Counted from the stretch's first letter, positions 28,829 to 38,391 are shown. The stretch: DNA of 64,000 nucleotides from an uncultured Clostridia bacterium (GCA_947168565.1 CAMVMM010000001.1:78717-142716); one strand, 5' to 3'. Notes: a model not told the origin generated them from the sequence alone. Made by a program: numbers and translations.

Positions 28829-29728
28829 TCAATACTTTCTTGAAAGCATTTTTTCAACGGTTTGAACAAGGTATTCGGCGCCCGGGCCAAATGCAGCATA
28901 AAGAATGCTCTTGGCTTCTTCGGCGGTCCGCTCCGCAAGCTCCCTTGCCTTGTCGATGCCGTACAGGGTCACGAAGGTCAGCTTGCGGCTGTTTTCATCC
29001 TTGCCAAGCGTTTTGCCCACAAGCGCCTCGTCCCCCGAATAATCGAGTATATCATCGGTTATTTGAAAAAGCAAGCCCATTTTTTGCGAAAAGCGCTCAA
29101 GCGCAAGGAGCTGCCGCTCACCCGCGTCTGCGCTGTACGCTCCAGCAAGCACTGCGGCGGTGAGCATATCGGCGGTTTTATGGGAATGGATAAAGCTCAG
29201 CGCGGACTCATCCGGCGTTTCGGAATTTTCGCATTCAAGATCCTTGGACTGCCCCGCCACCATGCCGCTCACTCCGGCGCGGCGGGCGATTTCGTGAACC
29301 GCTTTGAAATAGCTTTTGCTCTCGTGAACCAAGCCCATGCCGAGCATATATTCAAATGCAAAGGTCAAAAGCCCATCCCCTGCGAGCACTGCCTGACCCT
29401 CTCCGAACACCCTGTGGTTGGAGGGCCTGCCCCTGCGCATATCGTCGTCGTCCATGCAGGGCAGATCGTCGTGAATGAGCGAATAGGTGTGTATCATTTC
29501 GATGCCGCAGCCGAGGTGCAGCGCCATTTCGGCGTTTCCGCCAAGCATTTCGCAAACGCCCAGCGCAAGGCAGGGGCGAAGGCGCTTGCCCCCCGCCTTA
29601 ATACTGTACCGCATGGCGGAAATAAGAGGCTCCGGAGCGCCGCAGCCCGATATTGCGCGCTCAAGCTCCGCATCCACTTCGGCGGCGTAGCGCTTATTAA
29701 CAATGCCTATATCCATTGAATATTCCAC
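28829..29728 (-). CDS. ispA: Polyprenyl (farnesyl/geranylgeranyl) diphosphate synthase
   Basis: First Asp-rich motif HDDLPCMDDDDMRRG and second motif QITDDILD. Confidence 0.9.
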   Translation of the reverse strand: MEYSMDIGIVNKRYAAEVDAELERAISGCGAPEPLISAMRYSIKAGGKRLRPCLALGVCEMLGGNAEMALHLGCGIEMIHTYSLIHDDLPCMDDDDMRRGRPSNHRVFGEGQAVLAGDGLLTFAFEYMLGMGLVHESKSYFKAVHEIARRAGVSGMVAGQSKDLECENSETPDESALSFIHSHKTADMLTAAVLAGAYSADAGERQLLALERFSQKMGLLFQITDDILDYSGDEALVGKTLGKDENSRKLTFVTLYGIDKARELAERTAEEAKSILYAAFGPGAEYLVQTVEKMLSRKY

Positions 29729-29748
29729 CCTTTTTAGTCAGGATTTTA

Positions 29749-30003
29749 TTATTCCGAAGCTTCGTTTGAGGGCTTGCGCATCGCCTTTGCGATCCTGCCG
29801 TCGTACTCCGAAAGAAGGCTGCTGCAATGCTCCGCAAGCAGAGAGCCTCTTTCAAAAAGCGCTATCATTTCATCAAGCTGCACGCTGCCGGAATTAAGCT
29901 TTGCCACTATTGAATCAAGCTCTGAAGCGGCCTGTTCAAAGCTCAGATCGAGCTTTGCGGCGGCTTCGGTTTTTTTACTGTTTTCGGTATTTTTATTTTC
30001 CAT
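29749..30003 (-). CDS. xseB: Exodeoxyribonuclease VII small subunit
   Basis: 84-aa helical protein (SFEQAASELDSIVAKLNSGSVQLDEMIALFERG) immediately after xseA. Confidence 0.88.
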   Translation of the reverse strand: MENKNTENSKKTEAAAKLDLSFEQAASELDSIVAKLNSGSVQLDEMIALFERGSLLAEHCSSLLSEYDGRIAKAMRKPSNEASE

Positions 30004-30075
30004 AATACTGTTTTTACTCCAAATACGGAATTATCGGATAGGTTTGATACTCGCTTCTATCGGCAGGGGGAGATG

Positions 30076-31305
30076 TTATTTTTTATCCGCTATCGCTTCC
30101 ACCGTGCCGTCGTCAAAGCGTATCGTGAGCCTGCTGCCGCAGGAAATCTCCTCCGCGCTGTAAACGTATTCCCCGTCCGCTTTTGACACTATGGCATAGC
30201 CGCGCTTCAGCACGGCGAGCGGGTCGAGCGCGTGCAGCCTTTGCTCAAGCCCCTCCAGGCGCAGATATGCGGCGGTGATATTCTCCCCCGCCTTCTGCTC
30301 AAGCAGCCTTACGGCGGAATTCAGCCTTTCGCGCTTGATATCGAGCATTGCGGAGGGCTTTGAAAGCACGGAATCCGATGAAAGCAGCTTTATTCTTTGC
30401 CTTGCCGACTCCATGGCGCGGCAAACGGCGGAGGTCATGCTTTTTTGCCTCTCGCTTAAGGTGTATTCCAGCGCTTCAAGCTCCGGCACGCAGCGCTCCG
30501 CCGCGGCGGAGGGTGTGGCGGCGCGAAGATCGGCGGCAAAATCGGCTATGGTGAAATCCACCTCATGCCCCACGGCGCTGACGATCGGCTTTTCGCTTGC
30601 GAAAATGGCGCGGGCAAGCGCTTCGTCGTTGAAGCAGGAAAGGTCCTCGTAGCTGCCGCCGCCCCTGCCGACTATGATAACGTCAACCTCATCCACCGTA
30701 TTAAGAAGCGCTATGCCGTCTATTATGGTTTGCGCCGCGCCCGCTCCCTGCACCTGCGCGGGAGCAAGAAGTAGACGCATTGTGGGAAATCTTCTTGAGA
30801 TAACGGAGCGGATATCGTGAAGAGCGGCGCCGGTTTCGCTGGTAACTACGCCCACGCAGCGCGGCAGAAACGGTATTGGGCGCTTGCGGTCGAAAAGGCC
30901 CTCTCTGCCGAGCCTGTCCCTAAGCTCCAGAAATTGCTTATAAAGCTCGCCCTCGCCAAGCGGCTGCATGCCCTTTGCATAGAATTGATACTGCCCGTCC
31001 TTAACAAAAAGCGAAACGCTGCCGCTCAGCACCACGCGCATTCCGTCCGAAGGGGCGAATCTGAGCGTGGCGGCGCTTGATTTAAACATTACGCAGCGTA
31101 TTAGCGCGTTTTTATCCTTGAGTGAAAAATACAGGTGGCCCGAGGAATGGCGCTTGAAGCCGGAGAGCTCGCCCTGAACGCGCAGGGATTTGAGCCGCAC
31201 GTCATTTTGAAGCAGCAGGCTCACGTACTCGTTCAGATTCGATACCGAATATACGTTTTCAACGGATGCCATTTGCCCTCTCCGCAGCGGTAAGCGTGTT
31301 TGCAA
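30076..31305 (-). CDS. xseA: Exodeoxyribonuclease VII large subunit (start possibly at the internal ATG ~31272)
   Basis: 409 aa with an OB-fold N-terminus (VYSVSNLNEYVSLLLQNDVRLKSLRVQGELS...GHLYFSLKD) and a catalytic-region RGGGS-like motif (VGRGGGSYEDL). Confidence 0.92.
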   Translation of the reverse strand: MQTRLPLRRGQMASVENVYSVSNLNEYVSLLLQNDVRLKSLRVQGELSGFKRHSSGHLYFSLKDKNALIRCVMFKSSAATLRFAPSDGMRVVLSGSVSLFVKDGQYQFYAKGMQPLGEGELYKQFLELRDRLGREGLFDRKRPIPFLPRCVGVVTSETGAALHDIRSVISRRFPTMRLLLAPAQVQGAGAAQTIIDGIALLNTVDEVDVIIVGRGGGSYEDLSCFNDEALARAIFASEKPIVSAVGHEVDFTIADFAADLRAATPSAAAERCVPELEALEYTLSERQKSMTSAVCRAMESARQRIKLLSSDSVLSKPSAMLDIKRERLNSAVRLLEQKAGENITAAYLRLEGLEQRLHALDPLAVLKRGYAIVSKADGEYVYSAEEISCGSRLTIRFDDGTVEAIADKK

Positions 31306-32110
31306 GAAGTATCTTTCGCGTTACGGGGCCAACGCCGCCGGGAACGGGTGAAATATAGCCCGCGACATTCTCGGCTGAGTCAAATTCAACGTCACCAACG
31401 GTTTTTCCGTTCACCCTGTTTATGCCCGCATCCACAACTATCGCGCCCTGCTTGAGCATTTCGCCCTTGATAAGACCCGGCACGCCGACCGCAGCAACGA
31501 CTATATCGGCCTGTTTAAGATGCTGAGCAAGCTCGACTGTTCTTGAATGGCAGATCGTAACCGTGGCATGCTCGGCAAGCAGCAGCATCGCGGCGGGCTT
31601 GCCCACAACTATGCTTCTGCCTACCACCACGGCGTTTTTGCCCTTGAGCGGCACGCCGGTGCTTTTGATAAGGTGCATGATGGAGCTTGGTGTGCAGGGC
31701 GCAAAGCCCTCTCTGCCGGTGAAAAGCGCGCCCGCGTTTGAAATGGTGAGCCCGTCCACGTCCTTTTCGGGCGTGATATGGGCAAGCACCGCATCCTGAT
31801 CAAAATGCTTGGGAAGGGGCATTTGAAGTAGGATACCGTGAACCGCGCTGTTTGCGCTGAGCGCATCAAGCAGCGCCGTAAGCTCCTGTTCGGGGGCGTT
31901 TTCATCGAGGATATGCGTTTCGGTCAAGAGTCCTATATCCGCGCAATCCTTCAATCTGCTGTTTACATACTGCTCGGAGGCGGGGTCATTTCCGACCATT
32001 ACCACATCAAGCCTCGGCATAACGCCGCTTTCCTTCAGCCTGCTTACGCGCTTCGCGCATTCCTCTCGAAGCTCAAGCGCAAGCCTTTTGCCATCTATTA
32101 TATTCGCCAT
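31259..32110 (-). CDS. folD: Bifunctional methylenetetrahydrofolate dehydrogenase/cyclohydrolase
   Basis: 283 aa with ILLQMPLP, VVVGRSIVVGKP and PVPGGVGP. Confidence 0.95.
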   Translation of the reverse strand: MANIIDGKRLALELREECAKRVSRLKESGVMPRLDVVMVGNDPASEQYVNSRLKDCADIGLLTETHILDENAPEQELTALLDALSANSAVHGILLQMPLPKHFDQDAVLAHITPEKDVDGLTISNAGALFTGREGFAPCTPSSIMHLIKSTGVPLKGKNAVVVGRSIVVGKPAAMLLLAEHATVTICHSRTVELAQHLKQADIVVAAVGVPGLIKGEMLKQGAIVVDAGINRVNGKTVGDVEFDSAENVAGYISPVPGGVGPVTRKILLANTLTAAERANGIR

Positions 32111-32165
32111 GGGAACATCCTTTCAATAATACAAATTGATAAGAAACATTGAAAACGCGGCCGAT

Positions 32166-33137
32166 TCAATCGGCCTTGCGGGTGAATTCATCCATACACA
32201 GAAGCGCAGCGCCAACGGCATTATCACTCGAAAGCTCCGGCTTTGAAAAAAACAGGCGCACGTTCTCTGCGCAAATACGCTTAACAAGCATTTCACGAAG
32301 CAGCAGGCTTGATGCGACCCCGCCGGAAAAAAGGAACGCCGGCGAGCCCTCCTGCGGATTGGCAAGCAGTGTGTTTTTTATGGTTTTTGCAAGCGTGCGC
32401 GCTATCAGCTCGTATACCGAAAGCGCGATGGCACGGGGCTCCTCACCGCGCTCTATCGCCTTGATAATGCCCGTTTCCGCGCCGGAAAACGAAAACTCCG
32501 TTCCCCTGACGGATGAGGGGATCGGGGCGGCGGCTTCCGTTGCTTCACGCGCCAGCGCTTCAAGCGCCTTTCCGGAGGGAAAGCCGAGCCCGAGGCGCAC
32601 GCCGACCCTGTCCACAAGCTGACCCGCGTTAATATCGCTTGAGCCGCCGATACGAAGAATATCGAGCCTTTCATTCACGCGGAGCAGCTCGCTCGTGCCT
32701 CCGCTTAAGTGAAATGCGAAAAAGGGCGAGCCTATGAGATCTTCATTTCCCAAAAGCGCGGCTCTTATATGCCCCTGCTGGTGTGTAAAGCCCAAAACAG
32801 GCACCCCGAGCGAAGCGCCGACGGTTTTGGCAAGCAGCCTTCCAACGAGGAACACGGGCATATAGCTGTTTTCCCTGCCGCTCGGCCTTTCGGAAAAGCC
32901 GATGCCCCGAATCGCGGAAGGATCGAGCGAATTCAGCATTTCAGGCAAAAGTTCGGCCATGTTTCGCGTATGCTGAAAAACGGCGTCGCTCTGCCTGAGA
33001 CCCCTTTCGCCCTGCTTTACCTCAAGCAGGGTGCGCTTATCGGAAACAATGCCGTCTATACAAACACAAGCTGCGGATGAAGTGTAGCAGCTTGTATCTA
33101 TGCCGATAAATATTTGATTATTTCTGCGCTCCGCCAT
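32166..33137 (-). CDS. Divergent TsaD/Kae1-family (peptidase M22, ASKHA fold) protein
   Basis: 323 aa with GIDTSCYTSSAA (compare TsaD GIETSCDET), a retained HxxxH (THQQGHI) and SGGVASS. Lies between nusB and folD. Confidence 0.65.
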   Translation of the reverse strand: MAERRNNQIFIGIDTSCYTSSAACVCIDGIVSDKRTLLEVKQGERGLRQSDAVFQHTRNMAELLPEMLNSLDPSAIRGIGFSERPSGRENSYMPVFLVGRLLAKTVGASLGVPVLGFTHQQGHIRAALLGNEDLIGSPFFAFHLSGGTSELLRVNERLDILRIGGSSDINAGQLVDRVGVRLGLGFPSGKALEALAREATEAAAPIPSSVRGTEFSFSGAETGIIKAIERGEEPRAIALSVYELIARTLAKTIKNTLLANPQEGSPAFLFSGGVASSLLLREMLVKRICAENVRLFFSKPELSSDNAVGAALLCMDEFTRKAD

Positions 33138-33143
33138 TGGGAA

Positions 33144-33548
33144 TCACGCCTCGGACCGCACGACCTTGCCGAGAAGACCGTTTATAAAGCGCGGTGAGCG
33201 CTCATCGCAATAGACCTTGGCCAACTCCACGGCTTCATTTACCGCAACGGCGGGCGGAACCTCGCGCCCGAAACGAATCTCATATACCGCAACGCGAAGG
33301 ATGGAAAGATCAACCTTCGGCATACGATCGACCGTCCACCCCACGGCGGCGGAGCCGATGATGGAATCGATGCTTTCAAGATTTTCGGAAACTCCCGAAA
33401 CTATGCTTTGCGCAAACTCTATATCCGAGGGCGACGGCTCCTCGCTTATGCCGGATTTTTCGATTATGCCGGCGTACGTATCGTCGCAGCCAAACATTTT
33501 TTCGTATGTTTGGAGCATTGCCACTTCTCTTGCTGTTTTTCTGCTCAT
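33144..33548 (-). CDS. nusB: Transcription antitermination factor NusB
   Basis: 134 aa with SRKTAREVAMLQTYEK...VAVNEAVELAKVY. Confidence 0.92.
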   Translation of the reverse strand: MSRKTAREVAMLQTYEKMFGCDDTYAGIIEKSGISEEPSPSDIEFAQSIVSGVSENLESIDSIIGSAAVGWTVDRMPKVDLSILRVAVYEIRFGREVPPAVAVNEAVELAKVYCDERSPRFINGLLGKVVRSEA

Positions 33549-33585
33549 AATAATAGTTTACGGATCATGAATTACAAATCATGAA

Positions 33586-33897
33586 TTACTGTTGATCGCT
33601 CCTGCCTGTGATAAAATTCTTGATGGCGTTGTTTGCTCCATCGAAGCCGTACTTATCCACGAGAAAGCCGTATGCTCCGAACACAATCACTAAGAGCATT
33701 ATAAGAAGCGCGGGAAAAAAGCCGATGGAAAGAATAAGTATGGCGCTTACGAGCCCGAATACGCCAAGCCCGATAGCCACCTTATGCTTCCGTATGAATT
33801 CAAACACGACCATCAGCATTTGACCGAGGGTGGTGATCTGCTCCATTGTTAACTCCGGAAACGAATCTTTATTCTCTTTATTCTCTTTCTTTGCCAT
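33586..33897 (-). CDS. Small integral membrane protein (DUF2273-like) of the Asp23 cluster
   Basis: 103 aa with two TM helices (AIGLGVFGLVSAILILSIGFFPALLIMLLVIVFGAYGFLV). Follows asp23 and amaP. Confidence 0.55.
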   Translation of the reverse strand: MAKKENKENKDSFPELTMEQITTLGQMLMVVFEFIRKHKVAIGLGVFGLVSAILILSIGFFPALLIMLLVIVFGAYGFLVDKYGFDGANNAIKNFITGRSDQQ

Positions 33898-33973
33898 TAC
33901 TATGCTTTGCCTCCCAAGAATTCATTCTGAAACGCCGGGTAGTGTGCTCGCGCGATGCAGGCGCACCGAGCCG

Positions 33974-34543
33974 TCAACGCACTCTTCTTTCAACCTGGGT
34001 GGAGCCGGAATCGATGGTCTGTACTATGGAAACGGACACGCTGCGAACGGGAATGCCCGTGGAGCCTTCGATCTCGGTTATGATCCTGTCTTGCAGATCT
34101 GAGCAGAGCTGCGCAAGATCGCCGCCCGCGAAGGCGGTGAGCCTGACGTCGGCGGTGATCCCGTCCGCAACGGGCGTTATCACGCAATCGCCGGATTTAA
34201 CGCGGCTGTCCAGCTTGAGCTGCCTTTGGATAATGCCTATGATCGCCTCGTTGCTGATGAAGGAGGTGCCGGCTTCGGTGGATCGCAGTGTGTTCATAAC
34301 CGATTTGCTGCCTTCCTTTCCGATTCTGAACACGCAGGCCATAACAAACAGGGTGAAAATAAGCAGGAAAAGAAAGAGAATGCCCAAAAGGACGCGCACC
34401 GCCATTTTATCGCCGGAAAGAAGCTGTGTAAAGCCCTTCAGGTTCATAACACCCCATGCGGTAAGCATCAGCACCGCTAAAACCACGGCAAGCATAAGCA
34501 GCGCAACAACTACTAAGAGCCTGTTTACATTATCACTTTTCAT
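33974..34543 (-). CDS. Alkaline-shock-response membrane anchor protein (AmaP-like)
   Basis: 189 aa with two N-terminal TM helices and a soluble tail, directly downstream of asp23. Confidence 0.6.
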   Translation of the reverse strand: MKSDNVNRLLVVVALLMLAVVLAVLMLTAWGVMNLKGFTQLLSGDKMAVRVLLGILFLFLLIFTLFVMACVFRIGKEGSKSVMNTLRSTEAGTSFISNEAIIGIIQRQLKLDSRVKSGDCVITPVADGITADVRLTAFAGGDLAQLCSDLQDRIITEIEGSTGIPVRSVSVSIVQTIDSGSTQVERRVR

Positions 34544-34629
34544 ATAGATCCTCCGTTCGGCAAACAGCGCTTGATTTAAAAAAAGTGTTCGGAGCCGGAG
34601 GCGAACCTTGACCGGCTCCGATCATTGGA

Positions 34630-35046
34630 TCATTTAACGCGGGGTTCCTCGACCTTTTTCTCGACCTTTTCCTCCGCGAAGGTGACGGACTGAACGAACA
34701 CGTTGACCTCTACCACGCGAAGACCGGTCATGGTTTCGATGGCGCTCTTGACCTCCTGCTGCACGTCCACGCAAACGTCCTGGATCTTGCAGCCGTATTT
34801 CACGTTGACGCTGATATCGACCGCAGCTTCCTCGGTGCCGACCTCGACGCGAACGCCCTTGGTGTAGCTCTTCTTGCCGCCGAAAATGCCGGAGATGCTG
34901 TCCGCAAAGCCTCCGCCAAGACCCGAAACGCCCTCTACCTCGGCGGTGGCGAGGTTTGCGATGGTGGCGATAACATCGGGGGCAAAAACGACCTTACCCG
35001 TTTCATTGACCTTAACGTCGGTGATTACCTGATTCTCGTTATCCAT
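34630..35046 (-). CDS. Asp23/Gls24-family envelope stress protein
   Basis: 138 aa with GKVVFAPDVIATIANLATAEVEGVSGL...VEVNVFVQSV. RBS AGGAGGTG. Confidence 0.88.
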   Translation of the reverse strand: MDNENQVITDVKVNETGKVVFAPDVIATIANLATAEVEGVSGLGGGFADSISGIFGGKKSYTKGVRVEVGTEEAAVDISVNVKYGCKIQDVCVDVQQEVKSAIETMTGLRVVEVNVFVQSVTFAEEKVEKKVEEPRVK

Positions 35047-35078
35047 AGATGGACACCTCCTGTTTTTTAGTCTGATTT

Positions 35079-35107
35079 ATTATACCAAACTTCCGTTGAA
35101 TTGTAAA
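35079..35107 (-). promoter_or_regulatory. Sigma-A type promoter for the asp23 cluster
   Basis: Minus strand has TTTACA (35107..35102), a 17-nt spacer, then TATAAT (35084..35079), with a TG two bases upstream of the -10. Confidence 0.6.
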
Positions 35108-35213
35108 CAATCATGGATGAAATTTCATGATTTTTATATAAGTTTTTCATAAAAATGCCTCTTTGTGCCGATTTTTGTTTCAATTGCCGCCGGATGGATG
35201 CGCTGCGGGCCGC

Positions 35214-35780
35214 TCATACGCCGCCCGTTCCGCTCACCGAAATGCGAATGGAGCTTGCGGGCGATCCGGTTTCCGTTTTAACTATATCAAGTATTCTTGC
35301 CACCTCTTCGTCCGTCAGGCTGTCGCCGCTGACCACGACCGACACCGCGTCGCTGCGCATGGTTACCGCAGCATCCAAAAAGCCCTTTGATCTAATCATG
35401 CTTTCAATTGAAAATTCCTTTTCCATATTGTCCACAAGCTCCATCAGCCGCTGCTGCGCGTTCTGCATCGTGCCTGCGTCCGTGCCCTGCTCGTTGATTA
35501 TCATTCTCAAATAATCTATCTCCTTTGCCCGAAGAGAGCTGCGCTCATCCCTGAACGCGGAGAAGCTGTTCAAATACACTCCGGCGCTGACAGCGCTTTC
35601 TTTCGCCGGCTTTTCCGTTTCCACCGCGCCCTTCCCATCGCCTTTTCCCGCGGAAGCAAGCTGATCGTCCTTTTTGTTCAGGGCAACGTTCAGCACGATC
35701 GCACCCACCACGAGCGCGGCAAGAAGCAGCAGAGCGACGATGCCCTTTGATGTAAACCTTATTCTTTTAGTTGCAGCCAT
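35214..35780 (-). CDS. spoIIIAH: Stage III sporulation protein AH
   Basis: Start at the ATG at 35780 after GGAGGT. TM anchor, then FRDERSSLRAKEIDYL...MIRSKGFLDAAVTMRSDAVSVVVSGDSLTDEEVARILDIV. Confidence 0.85.
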   Translation of the reverse strand: MAATKRIRFTSKGIVALLLLAALVVGAIVLNVALNKKDDQLASAGKGDGKGAVETEKPAKESAVSAGVYLNSFSAFRDERSSLRAKEIDYLRMIINEQGTDAGTMQNAQQRLMELVDNMEKEFSIESMIRSKGFLDAAVTMRSDAVSVVVSGDSLTDEEVARILDIVKTETGSPASSIRISVSGTGGV

Positions 35781-35843
35781 AAACTTTACCTCCATGTTTT
35801 TTATTTAGCTTACTGAATCCGTTAAACTATATTCAAGCCCCGC

Positions 35844-36404
35844 TCATCTCATTACAAACACCTCCACCGAGCCTTCATCTATGCCGAGCACGGTGCGCAC
35901 GGCGGCGGTGATATTGTACTTAACGCGAATATCCCCCGCTCCCTCCGCAAGCACGATCACGCCGCGCACCCTTGGCATCAGCTCCGTTATTACGATCGGC
36001 TCCTCCCTGCCGGCGTTTGAAACGGTGGCGGGGCGAAGCTCGCTTGAATAGGAGCCGTCGCTCCCGCTCTTGCGCTCATCCGAGGCAACTATCTGCTCCG
36101 CCGCGCTTTCAAGGGTTATCATCACCCTTGCCCTGCCCACGCCCTCCATGCTTTGAAGCAGCTCCTCAAGCCTGCGCTCAAGCCTTTGCTCAAGCGCCAA
36201 ATCACCTTCGCCTGCCGTTTGCTGCGCCTTTGCATCCGTATTCTCCGCCGTTTTCGCGCATGAAAGCGGCAGGAACGAAAGCATATATACGCACACTGCA
36301 AGCGCCGCAACGGAGATGATAAGCGTGTATTTATACCTTTTGCTGCCCGCGATTTTCTGCGTCAGAGCACTTAGATCAAGCTTTGCGTCCATCGGCTTCT
36401 TCAC
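35844..36404 (-). CDS. spoIIIAG: Stage III sporulation protein AG
   Basis: 186 aa with a TM anchor and C-terminal PRVRGVIVLAEGAGDIRVKYNITAAVRTVLGIDEGSVEVFVM. Confidence 0.85.
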   Translation of the reverse strand: MKKPMDAKLDLSALTQKIAGSKRYKYTLIISVAALAVCVYMLSFLPLSCAKTAENTDAKAQQTAGEGDLALEQRLERRLEELLQSMEGVGRARVMITLESAAEQIVASDERKSGSDGSYSSELRPATVSNAGREEPIVITELMPRVRGVIVLAEGAGDIRVKYNITAAVRTVLGIDEGSVEVFVMR

Positions 36405-36486
36405 CTCTTTTCCTGCGGCAGAACGCTGTAAACAGATTTCTGTTTTTGCATTTTACGTATTTTGCCGTCACAAGCTTCTGCTTGCC

Positions 36487-36651
36487 TCACAGCAGACTCA
36501 GGGCGGCGGCAAGCAGGGTTATGCCAAGCACCTTTGACGCGCTTTGAAACACGCCGCCCCCGCTCCCCTCCCTCTGAATTATCAGCTCCAGCAGCGAGAA
36601 CACAAGACCCAAGACCGTTAGCCTTATCAAAAACTGCTTGAAGGCATCCAT
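36487..36651 (-). CDS. spoIIIAF: Short SpoIIIAF-like two-TM protein (54 aa; no C-terminal ring-building domain)
   Basis: Own translation: MDAFKQFLIRLTVLGLVFSLLELIIQREGSGGGVFQSASKVLGITLLAAALSLL*. RBS GGGAGATGGG. It lies between spoIIIAE and spoIIIAG and resembles the N-terminal TM hairpin of SpoIIIAF. It falls below the ORF-track length cutoff. Confidence 0.55.
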   Translation of the reverse strand: MDAFKQFLIRLTVLGLVFSLLELIIQREGSGGGVFQSASKVLGITLLAAALSLL

Positions 36652-36711
36652 TTTTCCCATCTCCCATAAAGCATCGTGCTTATCTCTGTATTTTCCCGTT
36701 CGTTAAAGCTC

Positions 36712-37974
36712 TCAAAGCAGCGACCCTCCTGCCGATATCATCATTACAAGCGTGAGCGCGAGCATCGAGGCGCACAGAACGCAGGCGGCAAGCATGTAGG
36801 AGAGCACATCCGCGATCCCACCGAGCATTGCCGGAATTCCGGTGCCGGAAAAGGGCTCGCACACAGCGGCTGCAGCACGGAAGGCGAGCATGCCTCCGAG
36901 CAGGGTCAGCGCCGGCCTTATCAAAGCAAGCGCAAGCACCACGAGCGCCGCCGAGCCGACCGCATTTTTGGCAAGATAAGCGCCCGAAGCCGCGGTATCC
37001 ATGGTGGCTGAAACAACGCTGCCTCCAACGGGAAGCAGCCTATCTATCGCGTATTTTGCCGTGCGCGCGCCAACGCCGTCCGAGGCCGCCGCAGCTGCGC
37101 CGCTGAGAAAAACTATGCCCGTATAAACTACCGAGGCAAGCCCCATCAGCCATTTCGCGCTTTTGATCAGCAGGCTGACCGCGTTTGAAAGGCGCATGAA
37201 TTCGCCGATTCCGCAAAGCACCGTTATCACACCCGCCGCAAGCAGCATCGGAAACACCAGATCATCCATCAATGCGCTGATTCCGGCCGCAAGAAGCGAC
37301 AGCTTCGGCGTAAGGGCGGCGGATGCGCCGGGCGCTCCCGAGGCAGCCAGCAGAATTGAAAGCGGGGGCGCTGCAGCCTCGCAAAAGGATGCGATCTTTG
37401 AGCATGCCTGCGCTGCTTTTGCCGCAAGCGAGGCGAAAACGCCCGTGACGCTCAAAACGGAAACCGAGGAAAGCACGAATTGAACCGGCCTATCCATTCC
37501 GTCGTTTTTAAAGACGATGGCGCACACGCCGCTGATCATACATATTGCCGCAACGGGCAGCAGTCCCGCCGCGCTTTTTCTAAGGCCGGGCAGCATCAGC
37601 GAAAGCAGCTTTTCAAACACGCTCCGCGGCTCGCTCTCCACTTCGGATTCCGCTATGCTTTTTGCGATTTCGGAAGCGCTCATAGAGCCGAAAAGCGCTT
37701 CGCCCCCATCCCGAGAGAATTCAAGGAATTCATCCCATTTTGAAAGCTCGGCTTCACCGATAAGGCGGTCGGTTTCCGCGCTTACGGCTTCCCGCTCATC
37801 CGATGCGCCGCTTTGAGCTCTTTCGCCGCTTACGGCATCCGTGCCGCAGCTCAAGTCCTTCGGGCTCAGCGCCATGGCGCTGCTTTCAAACGCTATGAAA
37901 AGCGCTGTTACAAGCAGGATAAGCGGAGCCGCTTTTAATATGGATACCTTCCTTGGCAAAGCAATAGTTTTCAT
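36712..37974 (-). CDS. spoIIIAE: Stage III sporulation protein AE
   Basis: 420-aa polytopic membrane protein with a signal-like N-terminus, at the conserved operon position. Confidence 0.85.
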   Translation of the reverse strand: MKTIALPRKVSILKAAPLILLVTALFIAFESSAMALSPKDLSCGTDAVSGERAQSGASDEREAVSAETDRLIGEAELSKWDEFLEFSRDGGEALFGSMSASEIAKSIAESEVESEPRSVFEKLLSLMLPGLRKSAAGLLPVAAICMISGVCAIVFKNDGMDRPVQFVLSSVSVLSVTGVFASLAAKAAQACSKIASFCEAAAPPLSILLAASGAPGASAALTPKLSLLAAGISALMDDLVFPMLLAAGVITVLCGIGEFMRLSNAVSLLIKSAKWLMGLASVVYTGIVFLSGAAAAASDGVGARTAKYAIDRLLPVGGSVVSATMDTAASGAYLAKNAVGSAALVVLALALIRPALTLLGGMLAFRAAAAVCEPFSGTGIPAMLGGIADVLSYMLAACVLCASMLALTLVMMISAGGSLL

Positions 37975-37995
37975 TTTTCAGCATACTCTTTTGCT

Positions 37996-38391
37996 TCAAA
38001 GAGTTGAATTCACAAGCCTTATCACCGCTTCGGCGATGGAGCGGACGATGGGAAGCGCGATCAGCATAAGCAGCACCCTTCCTGCGGTTTCGGCGGTTTC
38101 GCCAAGCGCCGTTTCGCCCGCGTCCCTGCAAACGGAAGCGGCCGCTCTTGTGAGGTACGCTATGCCCACCGCCTTAAACACCGTTGAAACGGCGGCGGGA
38201 GCAATACCGCCAAGCTCCGCAATTCGCCTGATTTCATCCAGGGCTCCGCTCAGAACGGCGATCACTTTCAAAAGCGCCAGCGCACCCGCCGCAAAAGCGG
38301 TCTGCCTTGCAAACACCGGGCTTACGGGGCGCAGGCTCATGCTGACTATCGCCGAGGCCGCAAGGAAGGCAGCGAGTGATAAAAGCTCCAT
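37996..38391 (-). CDS. spoIIIAD: Stage III sporulation protein AD
   Basis: 131 aa with GIAYLTRAAASVCRDAGETALGETAETAGRVLLMLIALPIV, typical of SpoIIIAD. Confidence 0.85.
   Translation of the reverse strand: MELLSLAAFLAASAIVSMSLRPVSPVFARQTAFAAGALALLKVIAVLSGALDEIRRIAELGGIAPAAVSTVFKAVGIAYLTRAAASVCRDAGETALGETAETAGRVLLMLIALPIVRSIAEAVIRLVNSTL

Noticed and set aside
35108-35133. Inverted repeat AATCATG-N12-CATGATT with the inner perfect palindrome ATGAAATTTCAT, between spoIIIAH and the asp23 promoter.
   Set aside because: It could be an operator or the end of the spoIIIA transcript, but it has no loop or T-run typical of a terminator and I recognise no regulator motif. Evidence is too weak to call.
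36401-36667. 88-aa ORF between spoIIIAE and spoIIIAG, considered as the spoIIIAF gene.
   Set aside because: It has no hydrophobic segment and is Arg/Gly-rich. The alternative frame encodes a two-TM peptide resembling the SpoIIIAF N-terminus with a better RBS.
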